Origin: Eubacteriales bacterium
GTDB lineage: Bacteria > Bacillota > Clostridia > Oscillospirales > CAG-272
Direction of reading: 5' to 3'
DNA length: 64,000 nucleotides
Assembly (NCBI GenBank): GCA_045632405.1
Contig: JAZQWO010000029.1
Span: forward strand, 17,614 to 81,613
Numbering within the stretch: position 1 is the stretch's first letter; each line of letters opens with the position of its first letter. A model generated the notes under the pieces. It did no database searches. It saw only the letters and a program-made list of their open reading frames with translations, and was not told the DNA's origin. The position numbers were made by a program, and so were the translations under genes. Shown piece by piece: positions 10,523 to 19,556 of the stretch.

Positions 10523-11845
10523 ATGGACCCCGATCCTAATACTATTTTGACATTTTTAAGTATTCCCGCACCTAAGCTCAATGTTGGATTGCTCATTTCT
10601 ATGCTTGTTTTGCTTGTGTTCTCATTCCTGTTTTCTTCAATAGAAACAGCATATTCTACATTCAACAAAATCAGAATGAAGAATCTTGCACAGAGCGGAA
10701 ACAAGAAGGCAGAAGCCGTAATTGCTCTTGAAAGCAAGTATGATAAGCTTTTGACAAGCATTTTAATTGGAAACAATATTGTTAATATTGCACTTTCCTC
10801 AATAGCAACCATATTCTTTATGGATGTTATTGTAAACAATGAATCCTTGGCGGCAACGGTTTCAACAATTGTTATTACTGTGGCAGTTCTGATTTTTGGC
10901 GAAATCTCACCAAAGGTTATTGCAAAGGAAAATGCAGATAAATATGCCATTGCTCTTGCTCCTTTTGTAAAGGCGATAGTTGTTGTTTTGACTCCTCTCA
11001 GCATTATTTTTGGCGGCTGGAGTAAGCTTTTACATAAGATGTTCAAGTCCAAGGATCAAGAAGCATCATTCACTGAAGATGAGCTTATCACTATTGTTGA
11101 CGAGGCTGAGGAGGATGGTGTCCTCGAGGAGGATGAGGGCAACCTTATCAGATCAGCTATTGAGTTTAACGATGTGTGCGCGGGCGATATTTTGACACCA
11201 CGTGTTGATATTTGCGCAATTTCCAAGGATGATAGCATACAGGATATTGCAAAAACCTTTATCGAAAACGCATATTCCCGCTTACCTGTTTACGGCGAGG
11301 ATATGGACGATATTATCGGTATTTTGCACGAAAAGGATTTCTTTATAGCATATCACAATAATAATAAAACAATTACCAAGCATTTGCAAAAGCCCGTGCA
11401 TGTGTCCGAGCACATAAAAATAGCAGATCTTTTGCAGGTTCTCAAGTCCAAAAAGTGCCATATGGCAATCGTTGTTGACGAGTTTGGCGGCACAATGGGT
11501 CTTGTTACTATGGAAGACATAATTGAGGAGCTTATCGGCGATGTTTGGGACGAGCATGACGAGGTTGTTAACGACTATAAGGAGTTGCCTGACGGTAGCT
11601 TTATCGTTAAATGCTCAGCAGATCTTGACGATTTCTTTGAAAAGTTTGAATTGACCGTTCCTGACGAAGAGGATATGCCACAAACAGTAAATGGCTTTAT
11701 TATGAAGGAGCTGGAGTCCTTCCCTCAGGTTGGTGATAATTTCGATTATCAGACCTTGCACCTTGAAATCAAAAAGATTGGCGCTAAGAGAATAGAAGAA
11801 GTAAAGGTTACAAGAATAATAGACGAGGAAAAAGCTGCCGAATAA
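10523..11845 (+). CDS. CNNM/DUF21-CBS-CorC_HlyC family membrane protein (hemolysin-related, putative divalent cation efflux)
   Basis: The N-terminal half is multi-TM, followed by a CBS pair region (RLPVYGEDMDDIIGILHEKD) and a C-terminal CorC/HlyC-like domain. Confidence 0.85.
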   Translation: MDPDPNTILTFLSIPAPKLNVGLLISMLVLLVFSFLFSSIETAYSTFNKIRMKNLAQSGNKKAEAVIALESKYDKLLTSILIGNNIVNIALSSIATIFFMDVIVNNESLAATVSTIVITVAVLIFGEISPKVIAKENADKYAIALAPFVKAIVVVLTPLSIIFGGWSKLLHKMFKSKDQEASFTEDELITIVDEAEEDGVLEEDEGNLIRSAIEFNDVCAGDILTPRVDICAISKDDSIQDIAKTFIENAYSRLPVYGEDMDDIIGILHEKDFFIAYHNNNKTITKHLQKPVHVSEHIKIADLLQVLKSKKCHMAIVVDEFGGTMGLVTMEDIIEELIGDVWDEHDEVVNDYKELPDGSFIVKCSADLDDFFEKFELTVPDEEDMPQTVNGFIMKELESFPQVGDNFDYQTLHLEIKKIGAKRIEEVKVTRIIDEEKAAE

Positions 11846-11869
11846 GCAGCTTTTTTCAAGGGAGAGCAT

Positions 11870-12451
11870 ATGAATGTATTTGATTTTGACGGCACAATTT
11901 ATAATGGCGACAGCTCATTTGACTTTGTGCGCTATTGCTTGAAGAAATACCCCAAGACAAGAAGGCATATTCCTTCAATTTTGTGGTATGGCGCAGGCTA
12001 CGGCTTAAAGATTGTGAAAAAGAAAACATTTAAGCAAAAGCTTTTTGCCATTGTTTCCAAAATTGAAAATTTGGCGGGGGCAGTGTCTGATTTTTGGGCT
12101 ATAAACAAGTCTAAAATCAAAAAATGGTATCTTGATATGAAGAAGCCAAGCGATGTAATCATCTCCGCATCTCCCGAGTTTTTGTTAGCTCCTATTTGTG
12201 GGGAGCTTGGTGTGGAGTGTATGATGGGCACTAAGGTGAATGAAAAAACGGGACTCTTTGAAAGCGAAAACTGCGTTGGTGAGGAAAAGGTTGTGCGCTT
12301 TTATGAGGTTTACCCAGATGGCGTAATTGATGAATTTTACTCCGATAGGTATGTAGATACCCCGGTTGCAAGAATTGCAAAAAAAGCAATTTTTGTAAAG
12401 GGCAACAAGCTCTTGCCCTGGAAAAAAGGACTGAAAAAGGCAAATGCCTAA
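11870..12451 (+). CDS. HAD-IB family hydrolase
   Basis: Motif I FDFDGTIY (DxDxT) at the N-terminus; 193 aa. Confidence 0.65.
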   Translation: MNVFDFDGTIYNGDSSFDFVRYCLKKYPKTRRHIPSILWYGAGYGLKIVKKKTFKQKLFAIVSKIENLAGAVSDFWAINKSKIKKWYLDMKKPSDVIISASPEFLLAPICGELGVECMMGTKVNEKTGLFESENCVGEEKVVRFYEVYPDGVIDEFYSDRYVDTPVARIAKKAIFVKGNKLLPWKKGLKKANA

Positions 12452-12465
12452 AATACGAATTAAAG

Positions 12466-12497
12466 AAAGGGGCGTCGCATTAAGCGATGCCCCTTTT
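12466..12497 (+). terminator. Rho-independent terminator after the HAD gene
   Basis: GGGGCGTCGC / GCGATGCCCC stem followed by TTTT. Confidence 0.7.
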
Positions 12498-12597
12498 GAG
12501 GGGATAGTGAAATGAGTACAGAAGCCGCGAACTCGTACACGTCGGCGTACTTGGTACGGTAGAGTGCGAGGTCGCGGATAAAAAACAGACATCCAAA

Positions 12598-12631
12598 ACA
12601 AAGGGGAACTTGCAAATTTTTGCAAGTTCCC
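12598..12631 (-). terminator. Hairpin downstream of the cyclophilin gene
   Basis: GGGAACTTGCAAA / TTTGCAAGTTCCC, a 13-bp stem. The T tract on the minus strand is weak. Confidence 0.5.
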
Positions 12632-12719
12632 TACCTTATTCATCTTGAAAATAATAGAAAATATAGGTTTTGAGGGAAAATTGTCTGTTTTTGGTCTGTG
12701 CTTATTGCAACATCCACTT

Positions 12720-13196
12720 TTATTCTTCAATAAGAGTAACAGACTTCATTCTCATATCAATTACAGGTCTGTCGCGCATATCGGTTTTTACACCTGCGAT
12801 TTCGTCAACTGTTTCCATACCGGAAACAACCTTGCCGAATGCTGCATACTGACCGTCCAAGAACTTGCCATCAGCGTGCATAATAAAGAACTGTGATGAT
12901 GCTGAATTGTAATTCTGACTTCTAGCCATTGAAATAACACCGCGAACGTGGGAAATGTCATTCTTGAAGCCGTTTATAGCGAATTCACCCTTGATATTTT
13001 TGTCAGAACCGCCACAGCCTGTACCTGTTGGGTCACCGCCCTGAATCATAAAGCCGGCAATTACTCTGTGGAAAATTAGTCCATCGTAAAAGCCCTCAGA
13101 AACAAGCTTTTTAAAGTTAGCAACGGTTACAGGAGCCTTATCCTCATAAAGCTCGATATCAATGATGCCGCCGTTTTCCATTTCGATACGTACCAT
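12720..13196 (-). CDS. ppiB: Peptidyl-prolyl cis-trans isomerase, cyclophilin type
   Basis: VTVANFKKLV...FHRVIAGFMIQGGDP...GKVVSGMETVDEI. ATG at 13196 follows GAGGTG. Confidence 0.9.
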   Translation of the reverse strand: MVRIEMENGGIIDIELYEDKAPVTVANFKKLVSEGFYDGLIFHRVIAGFMIQGGDPTGTGCGGSDKNIKGEFAINGFKNDISHVRGVISMARSQNYNSASSQFFIMHADGKFLDGQYAAFGKVVSGMETVDEIAGVKTDMRDRPVIDMRMKSVTLIEE

Positions 13197-13313
13197 AATA
13201 CACCTCGCAAAAAATATTGTTACATACATTTTAGCAGAACGCACAGAAAATGTCAAACATTATGTTTAATATTTTTGATTTTGCAAAGTATAAATATCAT
13301 AAGAGGTGATGTT

Positions 13314-14390
13314 GTGGAAAAATATAAAAGGATAGCATATATTCTCCTAGCTGCATTTGGAACAATTTTAGCAGTGTGCTTGTTTTTAAAATACGTACTG
13401 AGGGTTATATTGCCCTTTATTCTTGCCTTTGTTGTGGTATCAATGATAAGACCGCTTATAGATAAAATTTGCCGCAAAACAAAGGCGTCAAAATCCTTTG
13501 TTACGATATTTACTATTTCAATCCTAACTGTGATTACCCTTGCCTTGCTCATTTTTATTTTCAGCGCAATGGTAGAGCAGATAGGCAGTATTTTTGAAAG
13601 CATTGTGGAGGGCTTGTCGAAGGAAACTAATTATGTGGCTAAAATATTCGACTTTGTGTCGCGCATAGAAGCAAAAATCCCATTTATAAAAAGCATTACC
13701 AATGAGTCAATGTACACCCTCGTTACAGAAATGATAACGGACGGAGTGAAAAGCCTAAGCATGAGCCTGACATCATACGTGGCACGCGTGGTTGCGGAGC
13801 TGCCGCAAATAATGGTGACAATAATAGTTGTTCTTTTGTCGCTCTATTACTTTGCAAAGGATTACGAAAAAATAGGCAAAAGAATAGTATCTGCTTTGCC
13901 GTCGGGCATTGGCAAAAGAGCACCGCAAATCAAAAATGATATAATACTTGTGGTGTCAAAATATGTCAAGTCCTACCTTTTGCTTATACTAATAACCTTT
14001 GCTCAGCTGTTTGCAGGATTTTTAATTCTCGGTATAAAAAATAGCTTTGTTTTGTCTGTGGTGATATCGTTTGTGGATATTTTGCCTGTTTTGGGCGTTG
14101 GCACGGTTCTTGTACCTTGGGCAATAATATTATTGATAAGCGGACAGACCAAGCTTGCCATTGGCTTGCTTGTGATGTTCATTATTATCTATGTGGTGCG
14201 ACAGTATTTAGAGCCGAGAATTGTAAGCGCACAAATGGAGGTGCACCCCTTGATTACCCTTTTTGCAATGTATGCAGGGCTCAAGCTGGCAGGTATTTTG
14301 GGCTTGGTTTTCGCCCCCTTGGTTGCGTTTGTTGTGAAAACGGTATATAAAAGCTACAAAAACGAAAAAACTGTTGACATCCAAGAATAA
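13314..14390 (+). CDS. AI-2E family transporter / YtvI-like sporulation integral membrane protein
   Basis: Polytopic membrane protein with a PerM/AI-2E-like layout. The start is ambiguous: GTG at 13314 follows AGAGGTGA, and TTG at 13275 is the alternative. Confidence 0.7.
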   Translation: MEKYKRIAYILLAAFGTILAVCLFLKYVLRVILPFILAFVVVSMIRPLIDKICRKTKASKSFVTIFTISILTVITLALLIFIFSAMVEQIGSIFESIVEGLSKETNYVAKIFDFVSRIEAKIPFIKSITNESMYTLVTEMITDGVKSLSMSLTSYVARVVAELPQIMVTIIVVLLSLYYFAKDYEKIGKRIVSALPSGIGKRAPQIKNDIILVVSKYVKSYLLLILITFAQLFAGFLILGIKNSFVLSVVISFVDILPVLGVGTVLVPWAIILLISGQTKLAIGLLVMFIIIYVVRQYLEPRIVSAQMEVHPLITLFAMYAGLKLAGILGLVFAPLVAFVVKTVYKSYKNEKTVDIQE

Positions 14391-14395
14391 ATATG

Positions 14396-14655
14396 CTAAA
14401 ATGGGCAGGTAAACCGATGAGAAAGAGTAGTAACTGAGTGAGAAATGGTAAAGAGAGATGCAGGCGGTGGGATTGCATTACAGGGACCTTGGCGAATGGA
14501 CTTTTGAGGGCGGTGCTGAAGGTAAGTAGGCACTGACGGAAATGCACCGTTATAGGCATAGCGCATAGCGTAGTGCGCGTATGAGAAGTAAATTGGGTGG
14601 TACCACGATATATTCGTCCCAAGTGTCTTTACGGACACTTGGGCTTATTTTTTTG
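14396..14655 (+). promoter_or_regulatory. T-box leader (tRNA-Trp sensing) controlling trpS
   Basis: T-box sequence AAATTGGGTGGTACCACG at 14590-14607. Terminator GTCCCAAGTGTC / GACACTTGGGC plus a T run at 14616-14654. Stem-I-like GAGAAAGAGTAG. A TGG triplet at 14446-14448 sits where the specifier codon would be expected. Confidence 0.85.
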
Positions 14656-14671
14656 AAAAGAGGAGAAAAAT

Positions 14672-15676
14672 ATGTTTAACGATAAGAAAGTAGTTTTTTC
14701 AGGCGTACAGCCTTCAGGCAATTTAACAATAGGCAATTACCTTGGCGCAATTAAAAATTTCAGCGCATTTTCCGATGAATATCATTGCTATTATTGTGTA
14801 GTAGATATGCACGCAATCACCGTTCGCCAGGTGCCTGCTGAATTAAGACGCAGAACATATGAAACACTGGCACTTTATATGGCTTGCGGCCTTGACCCAC
14901 AGAAGAACACCTTGTTTGTGCAGAGCCACGTGCCACAGCACGCAGAGCTTGGCTGGGTTCTTGACTGCTATACTATGTTTGGAGAGCTTTCACGTATGAC
15001 ACAGTTTAAGGACAAGAGCGCTAAGAATGCAGATAACATTAATGCAGGCTTGTTTACATATCCTGCACTTATGGCGGCTGATATTTTGCTTTATCAAACA
15101 GAGCTTGTGCCTGTTGGACAGGACCAAAAGCAGCACTTGGAGCTTGCTCGTGATATTGCTAACCGCTTTAATCAGGTATATGGGGAAACCTTTGTTGTTC
15201 CCGATGGCTATATTGCTAAGGACGGCGCTAAGATTATGTCCTTGCAGGAGCCAACAAAGAAAATGAGCAAGTCCGATGCTAATGAAAATGCCGTTGTTCG
15301 TATTCTTGACACAAAGGACGATATTATCAGAAAGTTCAAAAGAGCAGTAACAGACTCAGGTAACGAAATTGTTCGCGGAGAGGGCAAGGACGGTATTTCC
15401 AACCTTCTTACCATTTACTCCTGCTTCACAGGTAAAACCATCGAGGAGTGCGAGCGCGAGTTTGCAGGCAAGGGCTATGGCGAATTCAAGCTTGCAGTTG
15501 GTGAGGCTTGTGCAGATAGCCTTCAGCCTGTAAGAGAAGAGTTTGCTCGCTTAATGGCAGACAAGGCATATCTTGAGCAGGTTATGGCACAGGGCGCAGA
15601 GGAAGCATACAAAAACGCCCGCCGCACAATGTCAAAGGTTCGCCGCAAGATTGGCTTTACAGAAATAAAGCACTAA
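14672..15676 (+). CDS. trpS: Tryptophan--tRNA ligase
   Basis: Class I signature region GVQPSGNLTIGNYLGA and KMSKS (KKMSKSD); 334 aa. Confidence 0.95.
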   Translation: MFNDKKVVFSGVQPSGNLTIGNYLGAIKNFSAFSDEYHCYYCVVDMHAITVRQVPAELRRRTYETLALYMACGLDPQKNTLFVQSHVPQHAELGWVLDCYTMFGELSRMTQFKDKSAKNADNINAGLFTYPALMAADILLYQTELVPVGQDQKQHLELARDIANRFNQVYGETFVVPDGYIAKDGAKIMSLQEPTKKMSKSDANENAVVRILDTKDDIIRKFKRAVTDSGNEIVRGEGKDGISNLLTIYSCFTGKTIEECEREFAGKGYGEFKLAVGEACADSLQPVREEFARLMADKAYLEQVMAQGAEEAYKNARRTMSKVRRKIGFTEIKH

Positions 15677-15689
15677 TACAGTCAATACT

Positions 15690-15718
15690 AAAAGAGCTTG
15701 CAATTTGCAAGCTCTTTT
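15690..15718. terminator. Bidirectional terminator hairpin
   Basis: AAAAGAGCTTGCAA / TTGCAAGCTCTTTT. Confidence 0.75.
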
Positions 15719-15724
15719 GAAGTA

Positions 15725-16000
15725 TTATTTCTGACATATTTTACAGGGCTTAAAGCTGTCACGCTCAAGAACTTCGCGGTCATAGGTTTCCCATCTGTTA
15801 TCATCCGTTATTCTTTTTGCAAGATAACATTTTGGCAAATGATAGGTAAAGGATTTGGTGTTTGCCACATATAAAATATCGCCTATTTCTCTTGATACTG
15901 CCGTCTTGTTTTCCTCTCCGCTTATTTCTGTATAGGGTACAGTTGAACAGGATGAAACGGTAAGGACTAATAAAATAACAAATAATATGCGTTTAATCAA
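15725..16000 (-). CDS. Small lipoprotein with a C-terminal YH-x3-C ... C-x2-C module
   Basis: Signal peptide plus lipobox (LTVSSC). TTG start 10 nt after GGAG. C-terminus YHLPKCYLAKRI...FKPCKICQK. Confidence 0.6.
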   Translation of the reverse strand: MIKRILFVILLVLTVSSCSTVPYTEISGEENKTAVSREIGDILYVANTKSFTYHLPKCYLAKRITDDNRWETYDREVLERDSFKPCKICQK

Positions 16001-16184
16001 AGCCCGTAATCTCCAATCATTTTATAAGAATAGTATAATGTTATCACGTGCCAAAGTCAATACAAAAGGCGAAAACCTCGTCAAAATTCTCAATAAACCG
16101 TTATGCGCGCGGGCGCAATTAATTTATTTTACTAATATTATAATATTTTACTTGACTAAAGCGAAAAATTAGTATAAAATACTA

Positions 16185-16213
16185 TTGACAAATTGGAATG
16201 AGTGTAGTATAAT
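16185..16213 (+). promoter_or_regulatory. Sigma-A type promoter of the yerC-his operon
   Basis: TTGACA (16185-16190), a 17-nt spacer, then TATAAT (16208-16213). A second candidate is TTGACT (16152-16157), 17 nt, TAAAAT (16175-16180). Confidence 0.55.
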
Positions 16214-16254
16214 TTAGCATATTAGCACTTTACCATACTAAAGCGAGGTATAAA

Positions 16255-16548
16255 ATGAACAAATTACATACTAAAGAGGTTGATACTTTATTTGAGGCAA
16301 TTTTGTCCTTGAACTCAGTTGAAGAATGCTACAAGTTTTTCGAGGATGCTTGTACAATTAAAGAGGTTTTGGAAATTGCACAAAGATTAAAGGCAGCAAA
16401 AATGTTGACCGACGGTGTTAACTACGCTGTTATCAGCAAGGAAACAGGAATGAGCACAGCAACTATCAGCCGTGTTAACAGGTGCTTAGAGTACGGCGGT
16501 GGCGGTTATGCCATGATTTTGGAAAGACTAGCAAAGAAGGAAGATTGA
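16255..16548 (+). CDS. YerC/YecD-family TrpR-like DNA-binding protein (candidate his operon regulator)
   Basis: 97 aa. ...IAQRLKAAKML..GVNYAVISKETGMSTATISRVNRCLEYGGGGY is the family hallmark. Confidence 0.8.
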   Translation: MNKLHTKEVDTLFEAILSLNSVEECYKFFEDACTIKEVLEIAQRLKAAKMLTDGVNYAVISKETGMSTATISRVNRCLEYGGGGYAMILERLAKKED

Positions 16549-16550
16549 CA

Positions 16551-17657
16551 GTGTTTGATTATAAGTATTTGAAAAATGAAGAAAGGGTGATTTATACCCT
16601 TCGTTCTCTTTATGGCAAATACGGTTATTTGCCATTTAATATGAGCAAGTTTGAGGAATATGAGCTATACGTTAAAAACAAGGATTTCTTGGTTAGTGAC
16701 AGTGTTATTACCTTTAACGATACAAACGGTAAGCTCCTGGCACTAAAGCCTGACGTTACCTTATCTATAATAAAGAACGGTCTTGACACAAAGGGTGTTA
16801 AGCAAAAGGTTTATTATAGCGAAAATGTATATAGAATCTCCGGTAGCACAAGACAGTTTAAGGAAATTATGCAAACAGGTCTTGAATGTATTGGCGATAT
16901 TGACCTTTACGATGTATATGAGGTTGTTTCTCTTGCTTGTGCAAGCCTGAAGTCTATTTCCGACTCCTACGTTTTGGAAATTTCTCACTTGGGTGTTCTT
17001 AGCTCGTTGATTGATAGCATCAGTGATGACGATAGCTTCAAAGCATCTGTAATGGAGTGCATTAAGCAAAAGAATGCTCACGAGATTAAAAAGCTTTGTG
17101 AGGAAGCAGGCGTTGACACTGAAAAAGCAAGCCTTCTTTGCAGCTTCGTCGGTATTTACGGCGGCGCGGACCAGGTTTTGGAAAAGCTTTATTCAATGCA
17201 GGTAAGTGACGAATTTAAGTCCGCCGTTGACGAGCTTTCAGAGATTATGGCGCTCCTTGGCAAAACAGAGTATAGCGACAAGCTTCGCCTTGATTTCTCA
17301 ATCGTTAACGATATGAATTATTATAACGGAATTGTGTTCAACGGCTTTATTGAGGGCGTTTGCGAAACTGTGCTTTTTGGCGGCAGATATGATAAGCTTC
17401 TTGCCAAAATGGGCAGATGCGGCAAGGGTATCGGCTTTGCCGTTTATGTTGACTTGCTTGAAAGCCTTAATAAAGAGGTGCGCGGCTATGATGTTGACGT
17501 GCTTGTGGCTTATGACGGTGCAGTTACCGCCACTGAGCTTGCCAAGACAGTTGACTCATATGTTTCTAAGGGACTTTCTGTAACAACACAGAAGGCAATA
17601 CCCGAAAAATTAAGATACAAGGAATTGGTTGATTTGAGAAAGGGGGATGCAAAATGA
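16551..17657 (+). CDS. hisZ: ATP phosphoribosyltransferase regulatory subunit
   Basis: HisRS-like paralog located directly before a short-form hisG. GTG at 16551 lies 7 nt after GAAGGAAG. The track start at 16482 overlaps the yerC-like gene. Confidence 0.85.
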   Translation: MFDYKYLKNEERVIYTLRSLYGKYGYLPFNMSKFEEYELYVKNKDFLVSDSVITFNDTNGKLLALKPDVTLSIIKNGLDTKGVKQKVYYSENVYRISGSTRQFKEIMQTGLECIGDIDLYDVYEVVSLACASLKSISDSYVLEISHLGVLSSLIDSISDDDSFKASVMECIKQKNAHEIKKLCEEAGVDTEKASLLCSFVGIYGGADQVLEKLYSMQVSDEFKSAVDELSEIMALLGKTEYSDKLRLDFSIVNDMNYYNGIVFNGFIEGVCETVLFGGRYDKLLAKMGRCGKGIGFAVYVDLLESLNKEVRGYDVDVLVAYDGAVTATELAKTVDSYVSKGLSVTTQKAIPEKLRYKELVDLRKGDAK

Positions 17658-18283
17658 TTAACGTGGCACTCCCAAAGGGACGCTTAGGAGAAAAGGTATA
17701 TCAAATGTTTGCCAAGGCAGGCTTTGAGTGTCCCTCTATTTTGGAAAATAACAGAAAGCTCATATTTGAAAATAAGGAAAAGAATGTGCGCTACTTCTGG
17801 GTTAAGCCGTCAGATGTTTCCATTTATGTGGAAAGAGGTGCGGCTGATATAGGAGTTTGCGGCAAGGACATTCTTTTGGAATATGAGCCAGATATATATG
17901 AAATCCTTGACTTGGATATGGGCAAATGCCGTATGGCAGTTGCCGCTAAAAAGGATTTTTATGACGATACGGAGAAGACATTGAGGGTTGCTACAAAATT
18001 TGCCAATATCGCAAAAAAGTATTACGCATCCAAGTGCCGCAACATCGACATCATTAAGCTGAACGGCTCAATAGAGTTAGCGCCGATTCTTGAGCTTTCC
18101 GATGTTATTGTCGATATTGTTGAAACAGGAACAACTCTTAAGGAAAATAACCTTGAGGTTTTTGAAACAATCGTGCCAATTTCCGCACGCTTGATAGTTA
18201 ATAAATCAAGCTTCAAATTTAAAACACAGGAAATTGAGAAAATTGCAAGTAGCTTAAAAGAACAGGTAGAAGCAAATGATTAA
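17654..18283 (+). CDS. hisG: ATP phosphoribosyltransferase, short form
   Basis: INVALPKGRL...; 209 aa. Its start overlaps the hisZ stop by 4 nt (ATGA). Confidence 0.93.
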   Translation: MINVALPKGRLGEKVYQMFAKAGFECPSILENNRKLIFENKEKNVRYFWVKPSDVSIYVERGAADIGVCGKDILLEYEPDIYEILDLDMGKCRMAVAAKKDFYDDTEKTLRVATKFANIAKKYYASKCRNIDIIKLNGSIELAPILELSDVIVDIVETGTTLKENNLEVFETIVPISARLIVNKSSFKFKTQEIEKIASSLKEQVEAND

Positions 18284-19553
18284 GATTTTTAAGTATGGCG
18301 AGGTGCCAAACAGCGAGGTTTTTGCTCGCGATAATATAGACAGTGGCGTTGAGGGCATAGTTTCCGATATTATCGCCAATGTTAAAGCAAATGGCGACAA
18401 GGCTCTTTTTGAGTATTGTGAAAGGTTTGACAAGGTTAAGCTTTCAAGCCTTGAGGTAACGGAGGAAGAGATAAATGAGGCGTTTGAAATTGCCGACCCC
18501 GAGTTTGTAAAAATCGTTGAGGAAGCGGCAGAGAACATCCGTGCCTTCCACCAAAAGCAGATTAGAAACAGCTTTATTATGAGCGAAAAGGACGGTGTTA
18601 TCACAGGACAAAAGGTGACACCTATTGAAAAGGTAGGTCTTTATGTGCCGGGCGGTACAGCCGCATATCCGTCAACAGTTTTGATGGACAGTATTCCTGC
18701 TAAAATAGCAGGCTGCTCCGAAATTGTTATGGTAACTCCACCGTCAAAGGACGGTCGCGTTAACCCCAACATTCTGGCGGCGGCTAAAATTGCAGGCGTA
18801 ACAAGAATATTCAAGGTTGGCGGAGCGCAAGCAATTGCGGCTCTTGCATACGGCACAGAGAGTGTTCCCTGTGTTGACAAAATAGTAGGTCCCGGTAATG
18901 CCTTCGTTGCAGAAGCAAAGAAGCAGGTTTTCGGCAAGGTTTCCATTGATATGATAGCAGGACCGAGTGAAATCCTTGTAGTGGCGGACTCTACCTGTAA
19001 TCCTGTATATGTAGCCGCAGATTTGCTTTCTCAAGCAGAGCATGACAAAATGGCATCTGCCGTTTTGGTAACAGATACAGTTGATTTTGCAGACAAGGTA
19101 AGCGCCGAGCTGGAAAGACAAATTCCGCAGTTGCCACGCGCGGAAATTGCAAGATATTCAATTGATAATAACGGCAAAATTATAGTTGCTGAAAACAACC
19201 TTATGCTTGCCATTGATATAGCAAATGAGATAGCACCTGAGCATCTTGAAATCTGCGTTGATAATCCATTTGATTATCTTGATAAAATCAAGCACGCAGG
19301 CTCAATCTTTATGGGTAAATATTGTCCTGAGGCTCTGGGTGACTATTTTGCAGGTCCTAACCACACATTACCAACAAGTGGCAGCGCAAGATTTTCATCT
19401 CCATTGTCAGTTGACGATTTTGTTAAAAAATCTCAGTTCACATACTACACAAGGGATGCCCTTTCAGCAGTTTACGGTAAGGTAGCCGCATTTGCGGAAA
19501 AGGAAGGCTTGCACGCCCACGCAAAAAGTGCAACAATTAGATTTGAGGAATAA
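18276..19553 (+). CDS. hisD: Histidinol dehydrogenase
   Basis: 425 aa. ...GGAQAIAALAYGT...QAEHD... motifs. Confidence 0.95.
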   Translation: MIKIFKYGEVPNSEVFARDNIDSGVEGIVSDIIANVKANGDKALFEYCERFDKVKLSSLEVTEEEINEAFEIADPEFVKIVEEAAENIRAFHQKQIRNSFIMSEKDGVITGQKVTPIEKVGLYVPGGTAAYPSTVLMDSIPAKIAGCSEIVMVTPPSKDGRVNPNILAAAKIAGVTRIFKVGGAQAIAALAYGTESVPCVDKIVGPGNAFVAEAKKQVFGKVSIDMIAGPSEILVVADSTCNPVYVAADLLSQAEHDKMASAVLVTDTVDFADKVSAELERQIPQLPRAEIARYSIDNNGKIIVAENNLMLAIDIANEIAPEHLEICVDNPFDYLDKIKHAGSIFMGKYCPEALGDYFAGPNHTLPTSGSARFSSPLSVDDFVKKSQFTYYTRDALSAVYGKVAAFAEKEGLHAHAKSATIRFEE

Positions 19554-19556
19554 AAA

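Noticed and set aside
12185-12730. 181-aa minus-strand ORF spanning the HAD gene 3' end and two terminators
   Set aside because: It crosses two terminator hairpins and a GC-rich element and overlaps the HAD gene antisense. It has no RBS.
13253-13603. 116-aa minus-strand ORF overlapping the start of the YtvI-like gene
   Set aside because: It lies antisense to a polytopic membrane protein gene and would overlap the cyclophilin promoter region. It has no RBS.
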